Positions 25,263-39,062 are shown, numbered from the stretch's first letter. The stretch is DNA of 64,000 bases from Saccostrea echinata (GCF_033153115.1 NW_026889813.1:3720001-3784000), one strand, 5' to 3'. Notes: generated by a model from the letters alone, not told the origin. A program made the numbers and translations.

Positions 25263-27392
25263 GTAAATTTGAATTTTTAGATTATATATAATATACCTTA
25301 CGTTTCATCATCAAGGATCTGTATTCGTCTTAGACTTGTTTGAAATTATATATAGTTCACGTCTCTGATTCAGAGTAAACAATACTAAGTGTATTAATTA
25401 GTGGTCTTCTACAATTACAACAATGTACATGTATTTGTGGAAGTGACCACTGGTCAGACCGTGGCCTACTGAGGCTACTACATGTACGTAGACCTACTTG
25501 GCATCAAGTGCAGTATGTATTCGCTTACGGGCGGATCCATTAATAAATGGGATACGGACCCCTTCAACTGTTTATATCGCAAAAATCGTTTTATTTTCTC
25601 AACACTCTACATCTGTCATAATTCATCATTTTAAAATTAAATTTTAAATGCTGTGTATGCAGAGTCACAATATGGGGTCCATATTTTTTCATAGGAATAA
25701 AGAGGGGAAATATTTAAATGATTTTGAAATCACCTGATGAAGAACAGCATGGCCAAGTTGTATCAAGTTAGCATTGTGGCCCATCAATTCCCTTCTTCCA
25801 GAACCAATGGACCAATAAAATTTCAGCTCAAAATAGACAATTTTTAAGGGAATCTGTGTTCAAATGATAAATCATGCTCCTTTCCAAGGGGAGATAATAA
25901 AAGAAAATTTTAAAAAAAATTCTCAAGAATTATTGGATCATATAGAATATGTGTAAAAAAAAAAAATCAGTTTTCTTGTGGTGTACATTCAAATTGACAA
26001 ATAAAAACCCTTTGGTATAAAGTAGGACGGAATACTAGAGAGGGTCAAAGTATTACAAAGAAGTGTGCAAAAGTCATATATGGCAAGTTTTGACTAAGTT
26101 CAAATAACCAGAATTAAAAATATCTTTCTATTTGATTTATAACTTTATAAAAAGATAGGACTTATTTGTAAATTACACAATTTAAATCAACCGCGTTTCA
26201 AAGATATCACAAGATTAAAACAATAACCGATTTATTTAATATCGACTCCACATTTAAATAAAAGACAATTATTAAATTTAATTAAAGAAACGTGAATTTA
26301 TTCGAGTTCAAAATGGGTGAAAATTTTAATTTGAACGTAAATAACATATATATCATGTAAATCTACACTAATCTCCTATTATCATTTTTTAGCTCAGATA
26401 CGATATACATGTAGCCATATATAGCTTTAAGAATTTTATTTTAAAAAAAATCTAAAAATCTTATGAAAACACTTTCAGCACGTTCACAGCAGAATTTTCA
26501 ACATAATTACTGAGAAAATTTGAGGCGCGTGTGTGGTGGTGATAGGGGTGGGGGGTGGGGGGGGCAATTTTATTTGCATCAGATTTAAAACGGATTTAAT
26601 CAATATGCAAAGAATTGAAAGGAATGTACTTTGACCCATTTTTGAACTTGCATATGTAGCATTTGACCAAATTGACCAGACAAATAAAACGATAGATTTT
26701 TTTTTTACTTTTAAGTAATATTTTCTATCAAAAAAAAAAAAAAAAAAAAAAAGAAAGAAAGAAAAACAAAATTTTTGACCATTTGCCTCCCCTAACTGGA
26801 ACACTTGGATCAGCCCCTTTAATTATAGGCATATTGATGTACAAAGTACATACATATACATGCATTGAAATAAAAAAAACCTAACAATATTTATTGTGCT
26901 GAAATTTTTTAAAAGGGTCATCGAAAGAACTTGACTCGATACGTTAATATCAAAGAAACATGTATACTGTAATGTTTTCATGTTATAAAAGCATGAAATA
27001 TGCACAAATAACCAAAGAAGTTCGATAAAATATACGTACTAAGATGTACACGTGCATCTAGTCACAAATCTTTTTTTTTTAATGCTCCCACCCCAGGTTT
27101 GTCATGTAAATGTTTGCCCATGTTATGGAAAGTAAAGATATGGGCACTGCCGATGCACATTCAGTGTTTGTTGAAGATTGTACATGTAATTACTGTGTAA
27201 AAAATATCAATTTCTTATGAAGGTTTTATGACTGTTATTGTTCATTTAAGACATAAAAAAAGGAATAAAACGTGACATAAAAACAAATTTCATTGTATGA
27301 ACTATAAAATTTTATTACTATTGTGTTATTTCATTCATTTATTTTTTTCAGTCTGTCACTAGAAAACCAAGACGTCCAGAGAGAATTTTAAA

Positions 27393-27414
27393 ATGACCTC
27401 CAGCGAGGGTACAT
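27393..27414 (+). CDS. First coding micro-exon of paralogue B (MTSSE[GT])
   Basis: Exon opens at ttttttcag| (27352); aaaATG ACC TCC AGC GAG G|gtacat and ...GGT ACA T|gtaagt are both phase 1, matching acceptor ttttaaag|TT at 27709. Confidence 0.6.
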
Positions 27415-27708
27415 GTAAGTTTTAATAAAATATTTACGTGGATAAAAAATAAACGAGAATTATCGATTATACTCCAGTTTATAAATTGATAAACTATCTA
27501 TACCTTTGTAGAACTACTTGATATTTGTCAATTTTAAGGAACTTTTTCTTTCAAGCGATATCAGCAAACTAAATAGTATGCACATTTTTGTATTTTAAAT
27601 ATATTCTCGATTCGAATTGTGATTTCTTTGTAATCTGTTCCTTGAAGGCCGTGAGTTGTTATCTTCTTGGAAGATGTCATTTTTAACTTGTATCTCCTAT
27701 TTTTAAAG

Positions 27709-28367
27709 TTTTGACAGATCAGCAGCTGACGATGCTATATGACAAAAGCGTGGAGGTGATCTGCAAAAGAGATCGCCGCTTCGCTCCCCTGCCGGCCATG
27801 TGGCGTGACAAGGCTACTGCGTACTGGGACAGAATCCGTCTTAAATACAACGGTTTTATGATCCCATACAGAAAGGACTTCAACGGAACGCCGGGATCCG
27901 CCATTAACGGGAATCTGATGGGGCTTTTTTTCAATGCTAGTCTTCACAAGAAGACTAAAAAGCCTCCAACATTTTCTTACTTCGGAAATCAACGTCTGAT
28001 GGTCAACTCCTCCTTCATCGTTAACGTCCATCAGAATATTTATTTTGTTGACTTTTATTGTCACAACCTTCGGGATCATTACGTCACACTTGTTGTTGCA
28101 CGTCCAGGGTCAGTCGTTGACAATTTCTGCCAGAGGAACTTGAAGCAAATTAACATCTTCAATAACCCGTTCTTGAAGATTGTCAATGGAAAATTGTACG
28201 TAACTTTGGGTGCGAACATAGAAGTATTTTACACAGATATTGTGGACGTTAACCGAGTTGTTCATGATAGGATTGGCAGGTTTTCCCCCGTCACATTCCG
28301 AGGGATGGGCAGCAAGGAATTTGGAATTGCTAAAAATCTAAGCTGTAAAGTCTGTAACCTGTGGTAA
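27709..28367 (+). CDS. PHYHIP-like C-terminal domain protein, paralogue B, main exon
   Basis: WRDK, MIPYRKDFNG.PGSAING...GLFFNAS, SYFGNQRL, YFVDFYCH, HYVTLVV, NPFL, NIEVFYT, KNLSCKVCNLW*. Confidence 0.9.
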
Positions 28368-29732
28368 AATGACAAATTAAAAAAAAACATTTTTCAAAAA
28401 ATTAGAAAAGACTCGGAATGATTTTAGCAGATATATTAACGTATACAGATCGTGCGGATTTAGTGCCTTTGTTTTTATTGAATCTTTTTTAGCTGTATAG
28501 AGTCTCAAACATTTTGTAGCTATTCGAATGAATTGAATATTGTTTGATCATGAAGAATTACAGAAAATTCTCATTAAAATAGTGCTTGTGAAATCCATGG
28601 ATATAGTATTTAATTTTATCTTTGTTTTATCTTTCTACTCTTTCCGATTCTCCCCTCCCTGATATTTCATTGCTTTACTTAAATGTTATTTGCTATCTTT
28701 TGTTTGTACCAAATGTTGAATAAAAGAAAAAAAACTCTTAGTTCATGCTCTTTATTTTTGTAATATTTTATTCATGTTACGGATGCCAATTATAAAGAAC
28801 AATTGGTTTATTTCAACGCCATTATTGATGATAGACATCAATTTACCAACATTTAAAGAGAGTAAAACAACCTCTTTGATTGCATGCAAGTATTCAATTG
28901 TAAAAAAAAAAATAATTGTTTTTTTTAAGTTATCTTTATCTTTGCAAGCCAAGGATTTTCGGTTTGCCATACTCTCCGTAAACCCCTTTGTCTTACGGAC
29001 ACATTGTGAGTGGTCATTGGAGAAAGTATTATTATTATGTGGTACATGTAATTGAATAAAGTTGAGGTCATTACAGGAAATAACACGGCTCCTCCTATTT
29101 TATGATGTATGAGGTCCAGAAATATGCGAATTGTCGGTTTTCTGTAGTATGTGGGGGAGAGGTGTACTCCCCCACTCTTTCCAAACATAACTTATTACTA
29201 GGCCTAGTGAAAATGTTCATTGAAAGGCTGGTTTCCCTCCCCCTCCCCCCCCCTTTTTTTTTTGCAGTATAGTTAAATTATGGTAATGTGGTAACGTATT
29301 ATCCCCACCCCCAGGAAGCAGAATTTTGGAATTTGGATAATTATTAACAATCATTAACTTTTTTATTTGATTGTCAAAATTTTTGCAGGTAAATTGTGCC
29401 CCCCTCCCCCAGTTCCAAAACGATGCTACGTGCCAAAGTTTTGACATGGATTTTAATGAACAAAATTCGCTGGAGATAAATGTTATCAATTTCCTTTCTA
29501 GCTTCATAATATTTAGGAGCATCGAGTGCAATGAGGAAACACAAGTTGACAAAGGACAAAATATAGGGCATTATATGATATAACAAGTTAAATTGATGCA
29601 AAGCATCAAATCGGCCGCAAAAATATATTTCATTTTAAAGAATTTCCACAAGAAAGAGTCCAAAGAAAAATTCCAAGTAGAAAAAGAACATGTATATGAC
29701 ACATTTTTACACTTGCTTTACTTTTCTGTGCA

Positions 29733-29772
<40 letters not shown>

Positions 29773-32146
29773 CCGTTCTCGTCCGTCGGCGTGCGTCGTG
29801 TGTTAACATTTGAACATTTTTAGCTTCTTCTCTGAAACCGCTTAACCAATTTCAACCAAATTTGGCATATAGCATCTATGGGTGAAGGGGAACAAAAATT
29901 ATGAATTCCATGTCATGGTCCCTGCCCCCCTTGGGGGCTGAGGGGTGGGGCTAAAACCACCAAAAATAATGCAATCTTTAAAAATCTTCTTCTTTACTCC
30001 AGGACATCAAGCAGTCAAACTGTTGGCATCATTGTAATAAGCAGTGAGCCCTCTACCAAAATTGGGAAATTCATGGCCCCAGGGTCAGGGGTTCTGGCCC
30101 CAGGGTGGGGCTATATAGATCATATAGTGAAAGTGCATTATTTCTTTGAAAATCTTCTTCTCTGCTCCTGGGTATTAAATAAATTAACTAAGTACATGTA
30201 CATAGTTATGAATAGCAAGAGTGCCTCTTCCAAAATTGTGAAATTCATGGCCCCAGGGTCAGGGGTTCTGGTGTTAGGGCGGGGCTCTATTGATTATATA
30301 ATGAAAATGCATTAATTATTTGAAAATCTTCTTCTCTGCTCCTGGGTATTAAATAAAGTAACTAAATACATAGTTATGAAGAGCAAGAGTGCCTCTTCAA
30401 AAATTGTGAAATTCATGGCCCCTGGATCAGGGGTTCTGGCCCCAGGGTGGGGCTATGTAGATCATATAGTGAAAGTGCATTTTTTCTTTGAAAATCTTCT
30501 TCTCTGCTCCTGGGTATTAAATAAAGTAACTAAGTACATAGTTATAATTAGCAAGAGTGCCTCTTCCAAAATTGTGAAATTCATGGCCCCAGGGTCAGGG
30601 GTTCTGGTGTTAGGGTGGGGCCCTATTGATTATATAGTGATATTGATTATCTAGTGAAAATGCATTAATTCTTTGAAAATCTTCTTCTCTGCTCCTGGGT
30701 ATTAAATAAAGTAACTAAGTACATAGTTATGATGAGCAAAAGATGCCTTTTCAAAAATTGTGAATTTCATGGCCCCAGGGTCAGGGGTTCTGGTGTTAGG
30801 ACGGGGGTCTATTGATTATATAGTGAAAATGCATTAATTCTTTGAAAATCTTCTTCTCTGCTCCTGGGTATTAAATAAAGTAACTAAGTACATAGTTATG
30901 ATGAGCAAAAGTGCCTTTTCGAAAAATTTGAATTTCATGGCCCCAGGGTCAGGGGTTCTGGTGTTAGGGCGGGGCTCTATTGATTATATAGTGAAAATGC
31001 ATTGATTCTTTGAAAATCTTCTTCTCTGCTACTGGAGATTATTTAAACAAACTAAGTGCATGATTATGATAGGCAAGGATGCCTCTTCCAAAATTTTCAA
31101 TTGGCCTCAGTTTTTGGGGTTCTTGAGGAAGGAGGGGGGGGGGGGGGGGCTCTATTGATTATATAGTGAAAAAGCATTAATTCTATTAATTAATCATTAA
31201 TTAATCCTGTCTGCTCCTTAGCGTTGAGCTGATAAATAAATTGCTTAGCTATGATGAAAATGTGAGCTTCGAACAGAATTTTTAAATCTTGTAATCCTAG
31301 GGTCAGGGGTTCTGGCATAACTGGGGGGGGGGGGGCTTTTGATAATATAGTGGAAAAGTGTTAACTCTTTGAAGTCCATAGGTATGATGATGAGGGTAAC
31401 TCTTCCAAATTTGTAAATTTCTTGACCCTTGGTCTTGGGTTCTGGTGTTAGGGTAAGGCTTTGTTCAATCTGTAGTGAAAATGCATTGTACCTGTGAAAT
31501 TCTTCTCTGCTTCTGGGCATATTGGAAGAAAACTGAGTAAAAGTTTAAATGATATAAGTAAGCGTATTTCTACCAGATTTTTGAACATCTGGACCATTTG
31601 TCTAAGCATTCTAGTCCCGGGCAGGGCTCTATTAATTTGTATTCTACTGACAGAAGTTATTCCCCTTTTCCATTCACCTTTCATAATTAATCACTGTAAA
31701 TAATGTATTTGAAAGGTTAATAGAATAAGATAATTATGCAAGAATGTTTATCATATAATTCAAAAAGTATTTTCTTAGTTTTAATAATCAGGTTGACCTG
31801 TAAGTAATAGATAAATAAAAATGAGACAAAAATAACTTATCTTATTAAAAGTTCTTCAAAGACCATAAGAGAGGTCAATGCTAGAGCTCTTAATATGGGT
31901 TTAAAAATAGTACAGAAGCACTAATAGTTTGTTAATAGTCTGCATGGTGATAGTGTTAAGTGGGGGACAGATTAGAACTTAATTTATGAGTTGATACTGA
32001 ATACTAGACTTATTATTTTATTGATCCTGATCTTCCTACTTCTCTTGCTTTAGGGCAACAAAGCTTCATCTAGCTATCAGTGTATTTAACTTCTAAATTG
32101 TTGTATTATACTCAGGTGACCGTTAAGGCCCTTGGGCCTCTTGTTT
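29733..32146 (+). mobile_element. HINE element carrying a ~168-bp satellite array
   Basis: 5' TTTTAGGTCACCTGAGTCACTCAGGTGACCTA, cgtc tract, at least six conserved ~168-bp units (ttcatggccccagggtcaggggttctgg...aaaatcttcttctctgctcctggg), 3' TCAGGTGACCGTTAAGGCCCTTGGGCCTCTTGTT. Confidence 0.9.
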
Positions 32147-32960
32147 ACACTAGTTTTCAGTGATCAATTGCTAAATATTTATTCAAATAAAAATAAATTC
32201 ATTAATTAATATGAAAATCGGACTGCAATAAAAGATAGGACTGTATTATCATCAAATTATTTGATTCAAGGACAAATGCAACAAATATCTAAAATAATTG
32301 ATTATGAATGTTTGAATGCTGACAAAAAGGACACAAGCTTCACGTGCTGATACTTTAGATTTTTGTCACTTTATAATGCCGATCAGTGTTGTGATAGATA
32401 ATTATGTATGTGAAGTGCAGAAGAAAATTCACTGTGTCGCAACTGCACTGTAAATTCAAAACAAAATTCAGTTCTTATTCCAATTTATTAATTATTTTAG
32501 GCATATTCGGAAACTCAATACGTTTTCTTTCTATATCTTACGCACGCCCTTGTTAGGAGCAGTTCATGAAACAACCTTTTGTAAAATCATTTAATTAATA
32601 AATGTCTGATGAGAAATGAAAAACAAATTGAAACATAATAACAACTATTTAGACTTAGTTTTAAGCAAATTTTTAAGGCTTTTATTCGTTACTTTTATGT
32701 TTGTTATCAATAAGGAATTATTCTATCAAAGTAATAAGAAAATAACGTCTCATTTCCCCATGTGCACATTCTAGAACACAACCACAAATAGATCGGCCGC
32801 TGCTGCGGCCGATAATGAAAGAGAAAACTATTACCAGTACAACTTGGTCTGTCAAAAAGAAAATCCGAAGATGGCAATTTTTTCTTTATTCTGTTATAAC
32901 AATAATGCTACACATCTTACATTAATATATAATCTGTTCCATTCAATCATAACGATTTAT

Positions 32961-33610
32961 TTACTTTATGTTACAGATGGTACATGCTTTCTTTTTGGGG
33001 ATGCCTTTGGGTCTACTGTGCCCATGTCCACGTGTTGAAATTGATGAAAATTTTGCCAGCTTTTGAGTCAATAGAGTAGAAATATCCACAGAATCGGTGT
33101 GAAATAATTCCACGTTTACTCCAAGAGTAACAAACAGTAAACCATTCTTCTGAGTCAGGAAAGGATTGTCGGAAGCATTCAATTTTATCAAGTGGTGTGA
33201 TTGACAGAAAAAGTCTGCATAAGAACCCGGTGACGTAACCACCAATGTGACGTAATGATTTTTATAATGACAGTAAAAATCGGCAAAATATACATTTCTC
33301 CATGGATTGTATATGACATAAGGAGCTACCATTAATCGTTTTTCACCAAAATAAGAATATTTAGGTGGTTGAAGTGAAGATTTGTCAAGAGAACAGTTGA
33401 AGAAGAGTCCGTTTATATTTCCATTAATAGGAGAGCGTGGGTCTCCGTTTTCGTCCTTCCGGTAAGGAATCATGAACCTTTTTATTTCATCCCAGTATTC
33501 CTGTGGTTTATCTCGCCACAGATAAGGTAGTGGAGCAGATCTGTTATCATTCTTTCGTATATACAGAATACTTCGTTCGTAGAGGTCTAATATTTCTTCT
33601 TCTGATAAAT
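32961..33610 (-). CDS. PHYHIP-like C-terminal domain protein, paralogue C, main exon
   Basis: Acceptor ttttttgctgcaaacag|AT TTA TCA; WRDKP, GLFFNCS, SYFGEKRL, YFADFYCHY, HYVTLVV, NVELFHT, KKACTICNIK*. Confidence 0.9.
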
Positions 33611-33785
33611 CTGTTTGCAGCAAAAAATACATATATAATTGTACAGTATATCCATATACATGTACATGTATTAAAAAAGTAATTTAAGTGCATTGTAAAG
33701 TGTAGTTGCTAGAAAAAAAGAAGATATTAGCTACATTCAACTACTAGTAGTATACATGTATGTTTGGATGTATACGGATAGGACA

Positions 33786-34345
33786 TTACCCCACCTCTGA
33801 TGATTTTTCGATGAAATCCTGGCTTACGATTGGTTGAAGTCTGTCACGTGAAGGGGGTGTATTACTAATAGATAGTCGCTTGAAAATCAATACATGGTCG
33901 ATACGGAGTTATCGTTCTTTTGTAACGTTCGAACAACTCGAGTTCACGCGATTTACCGAGTGTCTGTTGACGATGTTACAGTTAACTAATGTAAGTAACG
34001 AAGATGGAACCTTTTTCTCCCTTTACTGAAAGTCTTCAAAACTGTCAGTACGTTGCACAAAACACTCGCAAAAACGACATTACGTCACACAACGTGACGT
34101 CATAAAAGGCATTGTATGAGTGATAAAACATTATATAGTGAGTAAAACAATTTTACAAACCACAGACAATGCATAAATATTTTATCGGTGGGGTAAAATC
34201 GTTACATAGTTTTTTAGTGACAGGGTACGGGATGATACCTGGTTAGTAAATTCCATACCTGGCTCGGCTTCGCCTCGCCAGGTATGGAATTTACTAACCA
34301 GGTATCATCCCGTACCCTGTCACTAAAAAACTATGTAACTAATAA
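33786..34345 (+). mobile_element. Non-autonomous element with a terminal perfect 63-bp palindrome, in the intron of paralogue C
   Basis: 34201-34263 is the exact reverse complement of 34277-34339; spacer TCGGCTTCGCCTC; TTACCCCACC (33786) is inverted relative to GGTGGGGTAA (34187). Confidence 0.75.
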
Positions 34346-34401
34346 TTTACAGTGTGTGGGTTCACAAATAATTGTTTATAAAGATGTGAAAAAAGTTTTA
34401 C

Positions 34402-34429
34402 CAGAATGCTTAGAGTTTTCATAATACAT
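34402..34429 (-). CDS. First coding micro-exon of paralogue C (MYYENSKHS)
   Basis: Minus strand: ttttgtcctttag| (exon start 34463) ...caaATG TAT TAT GAA AAC TCT AAG CAT TCT G|gtaaaa; 28 nt, phase 1. Confidence 0.6.
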
Positions 34430-36055
34430 TTGAACCTTGATATATGGATTATTATCTGATAGGCTAAAGGACAAAAGTGAAAATATATATATATATTTTT
34501 CTTTTAAATGAAATCATCATTGAAAGAGCAAATATGCTTATGCTGAAAAATTAATCAGTGTTCAATAACCTAGATATATATCTATTTCATATAATATTTT
34601 AAAAAAATAATAAATCCATCTACTAATACCATACAAGGTGCTTTTATTGATAAAACTAATCCACTGTTTATGCAGAATACTTTCCTTGAATCAGTTGCAA
34701 GCGTCTGAGACTAATATTCTGTTTGGTCGCATACCGGATAAATGTATGTTTGTCTGTTGGCTATGTTTTACTTCCATGTCCTTCACTTTTGTGCTTTGGA
34801 TAACACTTAGAGATAATAACTCAAGATTTGGAAACCATGAAGTTTTATATAGAAAAGTTAAATTGAAAAAAAAAAACTGCCGTAAGTTTCATGGTATTTC
34901 ATCCCCTTTCCCTATATTGACCAAAATATCTGTTTTGCAGGGGGTTTTCTTTGTTTAAAGTTTGTTTCATTTATTTCTTTCATATTTCATTTAAACGTTG
35001 AGGTATCGAATTGAGATTTAACACACTGCTGTGCATATCATGTTAAAGATCAACCTTATTATACAGAATTTAGACCCTTTGTTAGTAAAAATAATTTACT
35101 GTTTTTATATTGAAATTTTGTCAACTTTATGCATTTTAAACAAGATTTCCAGATAAATCAACATAACGTTAATAAAATTTAATCCTTTTTGTAAGGTAGT
35201 ACTTTATTAACTGAAAAAAGTGCTTAACATTCTTTTTTCTGGAAGATTTTTTTTTTAATTAAACTGAAATTCATGTGATTTTGACCCATTTTGTTAGAGG
35301 CATGGCCCTTTATGTACAAATAAAGCTAACCATTCAACAGTTTTCCCTTTTCCCCATAGAAAACTGTAGCTATCTAGAAAAGTTGCTGACCCTTTGATAA
35401 ATCGATTTTCACTAATTGTAGGAATTAATTTTATGGCTCATCACTGCATGAAAATTAATGAAAATTCCATTTCCCAAACTTTTTTTATGTTAAGATTTTG
35501 AACTTTTCGTCCAATTTATTTCACAATTATTTCTGTTTTTGAGGTCAAAACGATGATTTAGCCAGGAACGTAGCATCGTTTTTGAATGTTGGGGGCTAGC
35601 CAGAGAAAGAAAAATCAACTTACCTGGAAAAACTTGACAAGCAAAAAAAAAAAAAAAAAAAAGGAAAATTGTTCAAACTCGAAAATCATATTTCGTGGGA
35701 TGGGTGGTGGAGGGGGTTGGGGTGGGGGGTTCCAACATGTTTTAGTACATGTACGAAATTCTATTCATACACTACTATATTACCCTTATTTCTCTACTGC
35801 AACGAAAAGTGAAAGGGGGACCGGCCTTTCAATGAACATTTTCAATAGTAAAAAGTTATGTTTGGGGAAAACGTGTGCCCCCCCCCCCCCCGATGCTTCG
35901 TGCCGATTAAGAAGTACGGTGAAGTCGTCAATTACGGGTCACGTCAGGCTGTTTCGTTGATATTTTGCAAAGTTGTTCGATTTATATTTTATACAATATA
36001 TGTATTGAAAGTGTTGAAAGAACCCCACGAAGAACAATATTTACAGGCGTATGTT

Positions 36056-36334
36056 GCCCGCGTGGCGCAGTGGTTAGAGCGATTGCTCTAGAGTCGTGTG
36101 GTAAGGAGTTAACCCTTACGTCGCTGGTTCGAATCCACTGCTGGACGTGGATTCCGGTCCTTCGGATGAACCGAGGTCCCGTGTCGCAGCAGTAGATCCC
36201 TCACTGCTCAATGGCCCTGAATGCCGAATATACATGTAGGTCAAAATTTGCAACCCTCCACCGGTATCCATTTGAGTGAAAAATTCTCGACGTTAAACAA
36301 AAAAAAAAACAAAACAAAACAAAACAAAAAAAAA
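36056..36334 (+). mobile_element. tRNA-derived SINE with tRNA-Tyr-like head, V-domain-like core and (A)n/(AAAAC)n tail
   Basis: A box TGGCGCAGTGG, B box GGTTCGAATCC, core GTCCTTCGGATGAACCGAGGTCCCGTGTC, tail TGAGTGAAAAATTCTCGACGTTAAAC. Confidence 0.85.
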
Positions 36335-36810
36335 AGCCTCGTTTCCCCACTTGCGAATCATTTTCTCCAAGTTGTGTGACTTCATGGTCTTGTAATATTA
36401 AGTCATTAAGATCTTTTCGAAACATGATTTTCATGATGTTGAAGCACAAAAGAATTCATTCAGCTCGGAAAAACAGAAATGACCACAGAAATAACAGTTT
36501 TAATTAGTAAAAAAAAACAACTAATTGCAATATACTGTAAAAAAATCAACAATAATAAAAAAAATGACTATATTATACCTGTTAAAAGTATACTGAGAAT
36601 ATGATTTAATCTCAGTGTCCACTTGAATATTCAGTATTTTTTTTTGTCATAGAGTTCAGAATAAAAAATCTTTGTAAAATGTGTAATTTTCAATTTACTA
36701 TCCTACATGTATCAACCAACTCTTCATTTTGTGAAGGCGTTGGTGGTGGTGGTGGTGGTGGGGGGGGGGGGGGGGGCTTAGAACTGGTTGTCTAGTGGGA
36801 TTAGCTGTAA

Positions 36811-38634
36811 GGCCAACTTTTTTTAATGTCCTGTTTTACGGGAGCGCCGACCCTAATTTGGGCTAAAATGAAATAAAAATAAAAGTCCCTAATTCAAGTT
36901 TTATTTTTATTTCTCCCGCCGATAGTTTATTTATAGTCACTGAAAAAATAAAAGAAATATAAATAAACTTTTCACAAGCCTTTCAAACTGCGCTTTGTCA
37001 TTGGCTGAAGTAAATATATTCATCCAATCACAGTATTCGAAGTCTGAGTAGCCACTGCACAGCATAGCGCCAAAATGTCAGAATCGGGGGGTTTCATATA
37101 TTTTTTAAATAATCATTTTAAAAAGTGACATGTCAATGTCATATATTAGAAAAATATAAATTTCAGATTAACTTTTAATGAAAGATTGAATGAAAAAGAC
37201 GAAACAGTAATCTTGATCAAATGTTATGCAGAGAGCCACGTGGAAATTGAGGTTCTGTCAACCGCTTGGTTTGAAAGGTTTTGATTACGTATTATCGTTG
37301 ACAATTGCTTCAATACATTGAAATACGCCTTGAAGATTTTTTTAAACTTAATTTTAAGACAATAATGATTTCTTTTACAATTAACGACAGAACAGAACAC
37401 TGTAGAACTGGTAGAAAGCGGCGTGACTGAGGAAATTCGAGTTACAACTTTCACTCGTTTTATGACAAATATTGGAATTCAAAATAACCTACTAAAATAT
37501 ATTCTTGATTGATATAAGACATTATTTCCTTTTATATCATTTTATTGAATTTGGCGTGCTATGTAACAAATTAATGTACATCAGTGTTCAGCTGATGTGA
37601 ATCTCTTGTTTAGTAAAACAACATTTTTACCACTAGGGAAAAGTGTTGTTGTAAACGATACGCCCTTACAAATATTTAGATTCAAGATCTGATTTCTTTT
37701 TTTTTTCTTTTTTTTTCATTCAAAAGTTGTGGATTAGAACCAGTTTCAACAATTATTTTTTTTGAATTCTGCAGCAAACAGAATATTGTCGTGTGTATTT
37801 TACATGTGTATACTATTGACTATGGGAAAGATGTACATATTTTCTACAATTATGCTAAAAGTTAGCATGCTCAGAAAGAAAAATATTAGGATAAAAAGAG
37901 ATCAAATATACTACAGACTCAGGAAATTTAAATATGTTTTCAATAGAGAGATTGGGGAACTTTTTTCCACCTACGTATCCATGTATATTAATTTGAATTG
38001 CGCTGAATAAAATATTATACAACTTTTTTTTTATCATGTTTCACGTGCACTTCGGTGAATTAATTTATTTTAGCTGATCCATTGAATGTCTCACTGTATT
38101 TTTGTCATAACTTTGCCAGAGCTAGTCCAAAATCCTTAGATCTTGTAATTTGCTGAATACGGAAAAATACAAGATTCTGAAAAGTTTATGAGGGGTGTGA
38201 CATAAGTCCTATAATTTTTACTGTGGTGACACTAGGGTATTTGACAACTGAGAGAAGACTTTAGATTTGTATGTTTGATTTGCATTAATGTTAGAAACTG
38301 CAAGCTGTTAATACTAGATATGCACCCCCTGCCCCAAATATCTAAGAGAAAGTTAAATTTAAAATAGTTCAATGATATAAGAACAGTACCAGTTTTGTGT
38401 TTTGTATACATAAGTTTTTCAAATAGCACTTTTTTCCCTAACAAATTAAGGTCATAGAAAAAAAATTCAATCCTTAATTAAAAATAAAAAATTTTATTGC
38501 ATTTTTTCATTTTATTTTTATTTTTCTGACCGACTGCTTAAATTTCGAACTTTTATTTTTATTTTTATTTCGACCCCCCGACTCAAATTTTTGGAAAAAA
38601 TTCCCGTAAAACAGAAAATAAAAAAATGTTGGCC
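36811..38634. mobile_element. Non-autonomous PIF/Harbinger-like element with TAA TSD
   Basis: TAA|GGCCAACTTTTTTTAATGTCCTGTTTTACGGGA ... TCCCGTAAAACAGAAAATAAAAAAATGTTGGCC|TAA. Confidence 0.75.
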
Positions 38635-39062
38635 TAATCTCTCACATTTCATCTAATATATTACAGAAAAATTGATTTTTCTGGACCTTACATGAAAATA
38701 CAGATAACAATGAGGATTCAGAATAAAAATAATATTAGGATTAAAACAATACAATTAAAGCTAAAAAAAATTATTTGGAAGGTAAACTCATTTTTTTTTT
38801 AAAATATTTTCCAGGTAGAAAACTTTTAATTAAAACTCTAGGTAAATACACGACTGCCACTAGGTTTTGTACATTAAGTTTTGACATGTTCCATGTCATG
38901 AGATTACATGAACCGCAATTGGAGAAACTGCCACAGTTTGATTTATTAATCAGTGTAATTTTATTTCAGCAGTGATCATTATGATTGACTTCTGAGTTAA
39001 ATCTGAATGCATGTGCCATACTTTCTAACTGTTATTGTTTATCTAGAACATGCTGCAGCGAA

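Noticed and set aside
27719-28079. Antisense ORFs over paralogue B
   Set aside because: Shadow frames of a GC-richer coding exon; no independent motifs.
30073-30654. ORFs MAPGSGVLAPGWG
   Set aside because: Translations of the satellite monomer inside a HINE.
36056-36150. Functional tRNA-Tyr or amber suppressor tRNA
   Set aside because: Acceptor and anticodon stems do not pair, and the sequence continues into a SINE core and tail.
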